From assembly GCA_036867785.1 (NCBI GenBank), contig CP145412.1, forward strand, positions 1,302,001-1,366,000: a DNA stretch of 64,000 nucleotides, in the 5' to 3' direction. Numbering within the stretch: the stretch's first letter is position 1; every line of letters starts with the position of its first letter. The notes below the pieces were generated by a model. That model was not told the origin of the DNA and did not search any database. It saw nothing but the letters and a program-made list of their open reading frames with translations. The DNA is from Plasmodiophora brassicae (lineage: Eukaryota). Made by a program: the position numbers and the translations under genes. Below, piece by piece: positions 10,955 to 22,360 of this stretch.

Positions 10955-11909
10955 ATGGCGCCGATGATGGTGATGGTGGCCGGGGCCGGCAGCGGGGTCG
11001 GCAAGAGCACCGTCTGCCTGGCGCTGCTGATCGCCCTGCTGCGTCGCGGTGGGTATGCGCCCGGCGACCTGGCGTACGTCAAGCCGGCGACCCAGTGCGA
11101 GGGCGTCCAGCTGGTCGCGCGTTGGTGCTCGGCGAACGGCGTCGCGTGCCGGGGCATCGGCCCGGTCGTCTACCGCCAGGGGTTCTCCTATGCCGTCATC
11201 GACGGGACGATCCCGCCGGATGACCTGCACCGCGATATTGTCGAGGCGGTCCGCGAGGTGGCGACCGGCAAGAAGGTCGTCATCGTCGACGGCGTCGGGT
11301 ACCCGGCCGTCGGGTCGTGCACGAAGACGTCGAACGCGGACGTCGCTGCTCTGCTGGGCATACCAGTCATCTTCGTTGTACGTGGGACGTTCGTTCCATC
11401 GGGTGGGCTGGACCGTGACGGGCACACCTGCTGTCAGGGTCCTGAAGGCGTCGGGAACGCTATCGACAGCACGGTCATGGCGCTGTCGTTCTTCGGCGAG
11501 CGCCGTGTCCGCGTTCTGGGCGCCATCTACAACCGGATCAGCATGGAGGGCGGCGCCCGCCACACGCTGGACAATTGCAAATGCTACGTAATCAGACGGC
11601 TGCGGGTTGGACGGTCAGGGAACGTGCTGACCGCCTGCCCAATGTACACAGGTCACGACGTACTTTGAACGCGAACGGCGCGACCTGCACCTGTATGGAT
11701 TCCTGCCCGACTGCAAACTAGCCAGCATGAGGTCCAGCCCGGCCGCCGCGTGTGCCTTGCCGAATGCACGTCAACTGCCCGTCGAGAATCTCACCCCGGA
11801 CGAACAGGCGCAGGTCGTTGCCGTCGAGGCAACGCTTGTCCCTCACATTGACCTGCAGCGGATCCTCGACGACCTCGCCGCATTCTCGGTGGAATCATCA
11901 CGTTCGTGA
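10955..11909 (+). CDS. BioD/phosphotransacetylase-N-terminal-like P-loop protein (AAA_26-type); multi-exon
   Basis: VMVAGAGSGVGKSTVCLALL, LAYVKPATQ, VIVDGVG, SNADVAALLGIPVIFV, VLGAIYNRI. Confidence 0.7.
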
Positions 11910-12017
11910 TTAAACAAAGGGCGAGTGTGGTCGGCACGTTACGCCGCCATTGTGTCACCACGCTTCCACACCTCACTGGGCTGGCGCCCATCGTTGCTTC
12001 ACCTGGACACTTCTGTA

Positions 12018-13009
12018 CTACGTATGGGTACGATGACACGACGCGCGCCGGGCGCAGGGTCGCATGGCAGCGGCCTGTTGCAGGATGCGTTCCCCGGCGG
12101 GGCTGCTGGCCGCCAGGTCGATGCGCTCATCGGGCGGCACGTGTTGGAAGGTTTCAATCGACGGCGGGTCCCCGACCGACATGGTCAGCGTTTCCGTCCG
12201 CTTGAACACGGACAGGCAGTCCCGATTGCCAGGCCAGTTCGGCAACGGCAGGCGCAGGATCTCGTGGAAACGACTAACCAGGCCGAGGTGGAACGCGGCG
12301 TTGCCCGTCTGGGAAAAGTCGCCTGGGTCGACACGCACGATCAGACAAACAGGACGCGTCCGACAACCTCGACGCTGCGTACCATGGAGCGTGCGCCCGA
12401 ACGACTCGCCAATGTACAGGACAATGTCGCCCGTGTACGCCTGCAGGGCGACGCTGCCCATGTCGGACAGGTCGGGCCAGCACAGGAACAAGGTGCGGCC
12501 GGTATGCTCCTGCAGGACAGCGGCCAGGTCGTCGCACGCGAGGACGTCGGGCGGGCGGGCGACCCGGTCGAATGCGACAATATCGGCACCGGTGCGCTGA
12601 CGAATAAGGCGCGCCCAGTACCCCCTGGACACGCGCGTTCCTCAGATGGTGACGGTGGACAACCCCACCCGGACCGGTCGCCTACGTGCCGGCCCCGATC
12701 TCGATCACAGGGGAGAACTGTGCGATCACCTACACAGAACGCCGGGTGAGCATCGCCTGCCTACGAGGTCCCGTTCTATGCGAGCCGCCCCACGAATACG
12801 GCCTGGCGGCTGGGCACAGCATGCGCCATCGGCAGGCGGATCGCCTCGTGGCACCTCTGGTACCAGCGGAAGACGCGATCCCGGTCGGCGTCGCCCAGGG
12901 CCGGGTCGAACAGGCGGCCGAGCGGCAGCCCGTCCGCCGCGGCCTGCCGCATCGCCGACCGGTACGCCGACGACAGGTCGTCATCCCACTCCAGCACGCC
13001 GTCCGTCAT
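12018..13009 (-). CDS. Class I SAM-dependent methyltransferase-like protein; multi-exon
   Basis: Spliced reading gives AHAVPSRQA, SPVIEIGAGT|GYWARLI, IVAFD, LFLCWPD, VLYIGE and LPNWPGNRDCLSVF. Ends approximate. Confidence 0.7.
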
Positions 13010-13358
13010 CGCCCGGTTCGCATCGCTGTGCGGCGCTCCGAGCGGAATGTTTGGCGTTTGCAAGCCGTAGACGAACGCGTTGGCGAACCCAGACGTCACT
13101 GGCGCTGGTTAACCCCATCTTGGCGGCCACCGGCACCAAGACGTTCCCGTCGGCCAATGCCAACGTGCTACGAGTCAACAGCGTTTTCGAGTTGGATCCG
13201 GTCACTGATAGCGTCGTGCAAGCGAAAGCGACGGTGTCGCCTACTCGCCAGCACCGATGTGCGACGAATCGACTGGCAACCGTGGACGGGGCGTGACTCA
13301 CGAAACGAATGTCGATTCCGGATTCGGGCCGGCGTGCCAAAAGCCAATCGGCGCGGCC

Positions 13359-15023
13359 ATGTCGCTGCTGGTCCTGCTGGCGTGCCTGATGGCAGGCGCA
13401 CAGTCAGCCTGCCTGCACGTTGACGCATTCGTCATCAACGACGAAATCAGATGGCGCCTGTTCGGCACTCGGGTCGAGCAGGCCACATCCGACCTGATGT
13501 CGACGGTCAGCTCCATGTTCCAGGCCTCATCCGACGAATCATCTCCATATGGGTGCATTCGCGTACGACTCGCAGGTGAGGCATCTCCCGCAGGGTTTCA
13601 ATGGGCGACATGGGCATTAACCGTAGCGCCCAGGGCAAACGACGTGGACGATGACGAACCCGATGGCGTACCCGACCTGTGCCCAAACAGGCCAGTGTGG
13701 ACCGGACGCGATCGGTGCAGCAGTAGACCCATCGGCGATGCTGGACGCCTTGAACGCCTGGGTGAAGAAGGACGCAATGACGAAACTGACCAGCCGGCCG
13801 GTGATCGTGCTCCTGACGGGCGAGTCGTTCCCGGGCATGTCCCGTGGCATATCCAACCAGGGAACCATGTGCACGGAAGATGCCCAGGTGGCTGTCAGCG
13901 TGACGACCGGCGATCAGCTCCACGATGCACAGCTGGTCGCACACGAGATCGGCCATATCGTCAACATGGCGCACAACGCGGACAAGAACTCAATCATGGG
14001 TTCGTGCAGAACGTTCGGTTCGTAACGGCGCCCAGGGCACGCTAACAGTCGCCACAGTTGAACAGTCCAGGTCGTCGGCAATACCAGTCAGGTTCCTCGA
14101 GAGCGATCTACGGCATGCCCAGGGCGCGTCCTGCGCACCAGACGTTGGAAACGCACCATCACGACGGTGCGGGAATGGAATCGTTGACGAGGGCGAGCAG
14201 TGTGACCCGGGCCTGGCCGAAGACGCGTGCTGTACTGACACCTGTCAGTTGGCACCTGGTTGCCAATGCGCTTATTCCGATGCCTGTTGCGTCGACGGTC
14301 GTTTCGCGCCCGCCGGCCACGTGTGCCGCCCAGCACGGCATGGCGTCTGCGACCAACCGGAAGTGTGCACGGGTGCGTCAGGCGCCTGCCCAGCGGATCA
14401 GTTCGCACCGGTCGGAACAGAGTGTGACGACGACCTTGGCGCATCGTCATCGTGCTACGACGGGCGATGCGCGTTATCGCTCAAAAGTCAATGCCGAAAG
14501 CATCCAGGCGACCAGCATTCGTTCGCGTGCGCGTCGCATCGCTGCGATGTACGTTCGATCCCGGTTCCGTCCGTCTCGTACGATTAACGATGTGGCGCAG
14601 AGGTTGTACTGCAGTGAATCTCCAGGGCTCTCACAAATGTCAGGGGCCTGCACGAAATTCATTGAGCGGATCGTAGCCAGTGGGTCGCCGTGCGGTGACG
14701 ACCAGGTCTGCGTCGACGGGGCATGCATCGCGAAAGGGGACGCCAGTGCAGAACTGATCGTCATGTCGACCATGCGGAGCGGCGCCCCGTCCGCCTGGCA
14801 GATCTCGGCATGGAGCACGTGCCGGCCATCCGGCACCGGGTGCATCCAGACGCGACAGGTCTCCTGTCCAGGCGGCGGCGGCGGCGCCTGCCCCACACCA
14901 TCGCAACCCATCACTGCACGGCGCCCATGCACCTGCCCCGACGACGTGTCGGGTTCGATGCCGGCGTCGCCGATATCCGCGCTGCCCCTCGTCACGCTCG
15001 CTGCCGCGATTATCTTATCCTAA
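13359..15023 (+). CDS. ADAM-like metalloprotease/disintegrin with C-terminal TSP1-like segment and hydrophobic tail
   Basis: Signal peptide MSLLVLLACLMAGAQSA; HEIGHIVNMAH plus Met-turn SIMG; CGNGIVDEGEQCDPG and CDQPEVCTGASGACP (disintegrin); WQISAWSTC; hydrophobic C-terminus. Confidence 0.85.
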
Positions 15024-15218
15024 ACGGAACGATCAATTTGAATGCGGGCTTCACGTTCTGCCTACGTCGCCAGCCGCACGTTCGCGGTCCTGCAGGCGCA
15101 GGTAGGAAATGAATGAGTGCCCCGAGCTGAGCTGAAAAATCAGCCACGGTTTGGAGTTTGCATTTTCCGGTCGTTGTGTCGCCCCCGTCCCTCAAGCAAA
15201 AGTGACTCCGCGGTCGTC

Positions 15219-16961
15219 ATGTTGAGGTTCGATGGCAGGACGGCGATCGTGACGGGTGGTGGTGGGGCTCTAGGACGGAGGTGCGATGCGTGCTAACGCG
15301 TGTCGTGGTTGACATTGGTGAAGTACCGACGGGATGCCTATGTAGCTATGCGCGGCTGTTGGCGCGTCGCGGGGCCAACGTTGTCGTCAACGATATCAAC
15401 GCGTAGGCGCGCTGCGAATCACTGGGATGGTTCGGATCTGACGCCCCGACGTGTGAAGGGCACTTGCAGATGAGACGGTGGCGTTGATCAAGCAGGAAGG
15501 TGCAGGGAACGCTGTCGCTAACTATGACCCGGTGGGGTCCGATGGAGCTCGCGTTGTCCGAATGGTCAGGCTTTTCGGAACGAAATGAAAGAGTCAGCCA
15601 CCACTAACGTTCCGCAAGGCAGTTGAGAAATTTGGTCGCATCGGTACGGGGCAGCGCTTGTCCCGACACGATAAACAGAACGGCTATAAGGGGCTTGAGT
15701 CACAGACATTGTCATCTGCAACGCCGGATCGCTGAAAGACTCGACGTTCCATAAGATGTCGACTGAGGACTGGGAAGTCATGAACGATGTTCACGTTCGA
15801 GGCGCGTTCCACGTTGTTCGTGCCGCCTGGCCGCTGATGCGCGAGCAGCGGTATGGACGGGTAATCCTGACGTCGTCCAGTGTTGGCTTGTTCGGGAACT
15901 TTGGAGCAGCAAACTGTATGTGAAGCACTGGCTGTTGCGCGGGCTGCTGTCTTACACTGTGGGTGTCGCCATGCAGATGGCGCTGCGAAAATGGCATTGC
16001 TCGGCCTGGCAAACACTCTCAGCATTGAGGGCGCCAAACACGGCGTCCATGTCAACACGATTACGCCACTTGCACATTCGCCGCTCAGCCAGGGCGTCAT
16101 ACCAGCCACGTTATTGAACATCCTCAACTGGTCAGGGTCGCCATTGATTGCCATTCGTTCCCTGATCTGACAACGGTCCTGCAGCGACTACGTCGCCCCT
16201 GTCGTCGCGTACCTTTGCCACGAATCGTGTACAGAAACAGGTACGTTCGCTGCTGCTGCTGCTGCTGCTGCTGCACAAACATCCATGCACAGATATTAAC
16301 CTTTGCTCAGGAGGACTGTTTGAGATCGGTGCTGGATGCACATCGCGACTGAGATGGCAGCGAAGCCGAGGCATGCAACTTGCCATGCCACATGAGGCGT
16401 CTTCGGTCGAACACGTGGCGCAACATTGGGCGGATGTTAACGATTTCTCGTCTGGAACAACGTTCCCGACATCAGCAGCAGAAGTGGTGGAGCACATCAG
16501 TGCCAGAGCCGTCCTGCTGACAGATCAAGTTTCCCCAGCCAGTACATCCTTCGACGGGTTCAAGTCGCGGGAGGTAGTAATTGCGGATCGCCTCAACGTT
16601 GCTGTTCGAAAACGCTGACAACATGCTATAGGTAGTAGAGCGGCTGCAAACCGCAATTGAGACACAAGGTCAAGGAGCAGGGACAGGTAGCCGCTCCACA
16701 GACAAGTACGTACTAGTGGATGGGCCAGACGGGCGGTCTGCATCCTTCGTTATCGACAGCAAAGGCCCCACGCCAAAGCTTCACACAGACCCGGCCATCG
16801 TAAGCGGCATTCGGCCAGACCGCGAATACGAGCTCGCCGACACCGATTTCCAAAAGCTGATGACGAAGATGGATGGTGGCGTACTTCGCGACTCGATGTC
16901 GACGACCATGACAACAGCTCTAACGTTAGGCAGTGCAGTATGCGGTATGGCCATGCTATGA
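15219..16961 (+). CDS. HSD17B4/MFE-2-like short-chain dehydrogenase with probable C-terminal SCP2-like domain; many introns
   Basis: MLRFDGRTAIVTGGGGALGR, NVVVND, DIVICNAG, VHVRGAF, GLFGNFGAANY.AAK, LSIEGAKHGVHVN, VAYLCHESC, LRWQRS. 3' end approximate. Confidence 0.85.
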
Positions 16962-17047
16962 AGCCACGCATAGCAACCGTCGTACGACGAGTATACCGTA
17001 TAATATCAATGGGCAACAGTATTTGGGCAACGTACTGTGTACTATGA

Positions 17048-17431
17048 TCAATCGTCGTCATCTTCTTCAGCGTTCGCCTGTTCGCATTCGTCGATCCATT
17101 CGCAGTACACGTCAACAGGTTCGGTCAGACCTGGACATGAACGTTAAGGACAGCCTACCGTTCACGACAGTGACAACAGGTCTTACTGTTTATCGGCATT
17201 CTATAGTTTGCATCACAAATTCTGCACGATATCTCTGCAACGTTCTCGCTTCGCTTCCTGCAGGCACCACGCCGTGAGCGTCTCCGAGCGATACATCAGC
17301 ACACACGCGCGACAGCCGTACATCTTGCATTCGACAGTGAGCGAATGATTGCAGAACGGGCAATCGAATGCCGTCGCCAGTTTGTCAACAACCTTCCTGA
17401 CGACGCGCTTCTTCGACTTGCGCTTGCCCAT
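17048..17431 (-). CDS. ELF1: Transcription elongation factor 1 (Elf1), 3 exons
   Basis: MGKRKSKK...FDCPFCNH...ISCRICDANY...LTEPVDVYCEWIDECE. Confidence 0.95.
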
Positions 17432-17736
17432 GGCGACAGCGCACGACGGACGCCAGCCGCGCTTTCTCCGCCACGGCGATCTGCGCGACAGCCCGCCATC
17501 TGGCGCTGCCTCGGCACCACCTGCTACGAATACGCCGAATTTGATCGGGGCGATTCACCGACCAGAGGCCTATTCGTTGGCACTGCACAGAAGAAGCGGT
17601 CTCGTTGACTGCGTGATCAGTGGCCCACCTCTGGGTATGGTCATCGATACCCGGTTCGCCATGGCTAGCGGGTCGCAAACACATGTGTCGTTGTACGGGA
17701 GGATGCGTGCACTCTTCCGGCTAGGAGAATGCTTAA

Positions 17737-19757
17737 TTATCTCTCATTGTATGATGCGCCTGGTTGGCCTTCCTCGGACTGGTCATCGTCATCGTCGTCG
17801 CTTTGGAGGATCTTCAGGATCATGTCGCGACGCCGTCGGCTGACGGTCTCTGGGCGGAACGTACACTGGGCGGCTTGGGCGCGAAGCGCCTCTTTCCGAA
17901 TCGAGTCGCGAACGACCCGATGTCTGGACTGGTCCCCAGAGAACGCGAACGGCTTCACGACCGTCACGTTGCCCTGTCGTAGTTTGTCGGCGTTCCTGAC
18001 GTGGAACACCTCCTGTTCCCGTTCCTGCTGCTCGCGCTTCTGACGCTCCGACAGCTGCTTTAGCTGCAGGAACCGATGCAGGCCTCGGACGACAACAGGC
18101 CCCCTTGCTGGGGCCACAAACGGTGTCGGTGTAGGCGCGAACGAGCACTCTTTCAGCTCGTTCTCTTCCATGGCCCGGCGAGCGGCATCCAGCTTGGCTT
18201 TCTTGCTCTCCTGGTACGCCTCGATCCGTTTCGCAACGTCTTGAGACTCGGAGAATTGCCACCTGCGAAGGAGTAGGTTACCGTTCAGACGACGCGCTGT
18301 CATGATTGGCAAGAACGTACACTCCAGATGCGGTTGCAGAATGGGACGAAAGGCGCGGCCTAAATGAGCACGCTTCGTTGACCTTCGTATCGATCTCCTC
18401 TTTTATGCGTTCGCGTGCGTAGAATGCCCTCTCGTTGCTCATCAACCGCTCATGGGTCCGTCTGGCACTTGTGCCGCCTTCGGAACGGGACGACACCAGC
18501 TGCTTGGAGCGCTCGTTGATGCGAGGATGGAACTCAAATTGTGAGAAGAACTCTTCCCGAACCTACAGACAGGTGTCATTCAGGACTATTGCGAGAGAAC
18601 GGGTGGTATCGAGACGACCATATCACGCGTCTCGTTGCGCTTCTGGGAGTCAACCAGCGAAAGGCGGTTGAAACTGTCCTGCACCGACGACGCCGACTTC
18701 CTGTGCTGGGCTCCAACGCTAGCGGAGCGCCGGGCAGGTCGTCGATTCCCTTCTTCCGCGACGTTCATCGTTCTCGACAAGCGTCGCTCCTAATCGAATC
18801 GGGTTAGGCAACTATTTGAATGTTGAGGGATCGTCGGTTACGGCTTGTAGGCGTTGCCGTTCGATGAAATCGACGGGCATATCGTGTGAGGCCTGCAGGC
18901 GCTCCACGAGATGCTTACTGGTCTCATCGATGACCGGGCGGAACGTGCACAGGTCGTCAGCGGCAGCCTGCGCTTGTTGGCGTCGTTGTGCCCACGTTCC
19001 ACTCGATTCCTGTACGAAGGTAAAGTCAGCCCCGAAACAATCTATCGAGTGGACAACCCTGTACCTGGCGAAGCATTCGCCGGCGTAGAGCAATGCTGAC
19101 GGTCTTCTTGTTGAGTTCAGGTTTGAACGGCATCTCGGCAGCGAGTTCATCCAGATGCGCCTGGCGCAGCGCCTCCTTCTTCAGCGCCTCCTCGCGTTGC
19201 ATGTCGCTGAGTCGCTGAGACAGTGGCCGTCTCTTCGCCGACATCAGTCGCGATCGTCGGCTGATTTCTGGTGTGAACGACAGTCCACTCGTTTCCTGCG
19301 CTTCCGCCTGCTGGCGTCGCGCCTCCAGTTGCATGGCCTTCTCGTGCGCCCGAGTTTGCAACCGCTCAGGAACGGGGACGCGGGACGACAGGACCGAAGA
19401 TTTCGTGGGTCTTACCTTGGGCCGGAATGTGCATTCGGCAACGGCGCTGATTTCGCTGATCTTCTTCATCGCTTCCCGCTCCTGCTGACGACGCTTATGG
19501 TCCACTACCCATTGGGAGATGCGGGCGTCAATGGCGCTGGCAGAACGGGATTTACGACGCGGTTTGGCAGGCGGAGAGGAAGGCGTAGGGACGTCTTCGG
19601 ATCGCGGCGAGCGTTTCGTCAGGGAGAACTCTACTGGGATGGTGTACTTGTGCAAAGGCCGGTATTTGGCATTCGGATGCGATGTTGAGCCTAGGTACTC
19701 TTCACAGGCTTTGATGTCTCTCTCGAGGCGGTCAAGCATAGACGTTTCGGCGTCCAT
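17737..19757 (-). CDS. Basic helical protein with repeated (C/L)xFxP motifs, probably microtubule/cilium-associated
   Basis: Successive minus-strand exons carry ECTFRPKV, LSFTPEIS, MPFKPELN, CTFRPVID, FEFHPRIN, CSFRPRL, CSFAPT and CTFRPET. Confidence 0.65.
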
Positions 19758-20040
19758 AGACGGTGGCGAACTGCGTCCTACCGGGCGTCGGCAGAACGAG
19801 CCCAGGTCAACGCGATGGGAGCAGTCGCCGTGTGACGAGCTGACAGGAGTTGCACTGGTCTACGCTGCAGTGCGGTCGTCAGCCGTCAGCTTATGAAGAA
19901 ACGCCGTCATGGATTGGCAATATTGCTCATCAACGGGCTGACCGGAGTGGTAATGTAGGCCGTTCACTTGGGTGTCGCAGCAGGAAAGGGATCGAAATAT
20001 ATAAAGTAGAGTAACAGTACGTGATAGAGCCATCGCAGTA

Positions 20041-20926
20041 TCACATGGTATACCGGATCGGTTTCGTCTTGTTGTTTTCCATGTGCACGGTCCACTCCAT
20101 TGAAAACTTGGGCGGGTGCTCAACTTCATCAATGACGGCCTTCTTGATCGCCTTGCCAAGGTTCATGATTAGATCCTTGTTGTCAGAACTGCACAACGAT
20201 TCAGCGGTTCTGGCCTGGCCCAGGTCACGATTGACTTTAACATACGTTCTGTTCCAGACGGAGATTCGGTCGGCAGCGCGACGCCTCGAGATAACAGCAC
20301 CGCAAACCTGCATGACGGAATCCGATTAGTACCCATATCATAAACAGGACTAGACAAGGGAGGTAAGCGACCTCGTCGCCGGTCGGATCAATAGCCTCTC
20401 CGATCAAGCCCAGGACGAGGTTGTCCCAGTACTTGTCCAGCTGGGACCTGTCATGTTTGATGTATAGTATCTGTTACGACCTAGATCAGCAGCGCTCCAC
20501 TAATGAAACAGGATGGCCCACACCCTGAGAAGATCGCGTTCATTACCACAGAGCGATCGTATTGCCATCAGGAAACACGTACCATTTGCCGCCCTTCTCA
20601 TTGGCCGGATCTTCCCACATTGGTTGGATACCCTTCTTGAACAGGTGGTAGTTGCTCTTGAAATCGATGCAACTCGGCCATATTGCATTTCTATAATATC
20701 TACACCAGCGAATACCGTTCAGCAGTCGCACCAAGGGCGCGCATCCGACGACCACACACCCCCAGAATCCCTCGACCGTCTCGAACGATCCGACGGCAGT
20801 CAGGTTCTGCTCCCATTCGCCGCTGCCCCCCGAATGGCTGCCGTTGGCCGGCGCCTGATAGTACCACAGGGTCCACGGCGACTGCAACGGATGCAGATCG
20901 GCGCCGCTGCCGCTGCCGTCCGCCAT
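20041..20926 (-). CDS. EIF4E: Eukaryotic translation initiation factor 4E family protein; multi-exon
   Basis: HPLQSPWTLWY, FETVEGFW, YHLFKKGIQPMWEDPANEKGGKW, LDKYWDNLVLGLIGE, CGAVISRR..DRISVWN. Confidence 0.95.
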
Positions 20927-21041
20927 CGCACCAAACCCCACGCAGAATGACACGAACGGACCGCCCCACCCGTGGCCTGCGGACTGCACTCGTTCAACAA
21001 TGGGTATTGGCGCTTTCAGGACAAAATTGGAATTTTGCGGT

Positions 21042-21064
21042 GATTTCACGGAGTCCGTGAAATC
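21042..21064. repeat. Perfect 11-bp inverted repeat (GATTTCACGGA-G-TCCGTGAAATC) just inside the left TIR
   Basis: Directly visible; the flanking tgcgg/ccgca extend the stem imperfectly. Confidence 0.9.
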
Positions 21065-21093
21065 GCGCCGCATCGGGGGCGCCGCTTGTCGTC

Positions 21094-22206
21094 ATGATCG
21101 TCAGCGCCGTCAGACGTCATCACGCATCTGCGGACACTCGTTTACACTGCTTGTATGGGTACTATATACTGAACCTTGGCAAAAACCATCTTGCGTTTAT
21201 ATACGGAAAATCTCCCTCGACAATATCGAACTGGATCCAGAAGTATGAACGTGATGGTTCGGTTTCTCGTAAGGTGACTCGTCGCATCTACAAGAAACAT
21301 TCCGAACGTCAGCGCCGTTGGATCGTGGAACTGTTCTCTGAACACCCGACGTTATTCTTGCACGAAGCGAGGGCGCGGTTTGCGGGCAAGTTCGCGAAGT
21401 ATATCTCCTGCTCTGAAATATGGGCGATTCTGCAAGAAGCTCGCTTCACTCGGAAACATGTTGAACGCCGTGCCTTGCAAATTCGAAAACTGGACATCGT
21501 TCGATTCTGCAATGATATGCACTTGGTTCGTTGGTCCCGGGAGAGTCTGGTCTTTCTTGACGAATTCGGGGTCGACAATAGGGACATGTTGCGTACCAAA
21601 GGGTTCTGCCTTGTTGGGAAACGCCTAATATACAGAGGGCAGTTCTCCCGGAAGCCTCGACGCTCAATGCTTGCGTTCGCAAGCGTTCGCGGTCTGGAGA
21701 CGTTTTCTCTGTGGAAGGGACTTTCGATCGCAAGACATTTTTCAACTGCTGTCGTCAGTTCGTTCTGCATCATCCTGACATACGCACGTATCCGGGTCGT
21801 ATGTCTGTCTGGATCATGGACGGTGCTCGGATCCATTGCCATCCAGGCATCGTCAATTTCCTGCGATCGCTGGGCATTATGCCGATTTTTTTTGCCAGCC
21901 TATTGCCCGTTTTACAATTCCATCGAGTTACTATTTGGGATGATCAAGCGGCGGCTTCGCGAGCTTTATGATGAGCGCTCCGGTTCCGATATTACTGCTG
22001 TCATCAATGACGTCTTGGTTGAGTTCAGCAACCGTTCAATGGAGGAAGTCTTCAAGAAATGCGGGTACGTTTGCGATCACGAATTCGATCCGTCCATCGG
22101 CATGCACTGCGACCTGAAGGATCTTGAATTTGATGTTACTGTACGCACTGAACAACCCTGGCATCCATTAAGGGCTGTATGTGTCATCGTTCAACTTGTA
22201 GGTTGA
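21094..22206 (+). pseudogene. DDE_3-type transposase with two compensating frameshifts
   Basis: N-terminal HTH-like region (KSPSTISNWIQKYERDG), VFLDE and FLPAYCPFYNSIE are in the main frame. EGTFDRKTF...VWIMDGARIHC lies in a shifted frame between ~21710 and the T8 run at 21886-21893. Confidence 0.85.
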
Positions 22207-22360
22207 GAACCGGGCCACCTGAAGCTAGGAAGGATATACCACGTCGCGGCAACTGGCAACCTCGTGCACGTGTACTCGCTAAGTTCAATATACTTCAACA
22301 CTATAAGCCACTGGTGCGTATTATCGATGGTAACATTCGGGCAAGTCTTCATTTAATGCC

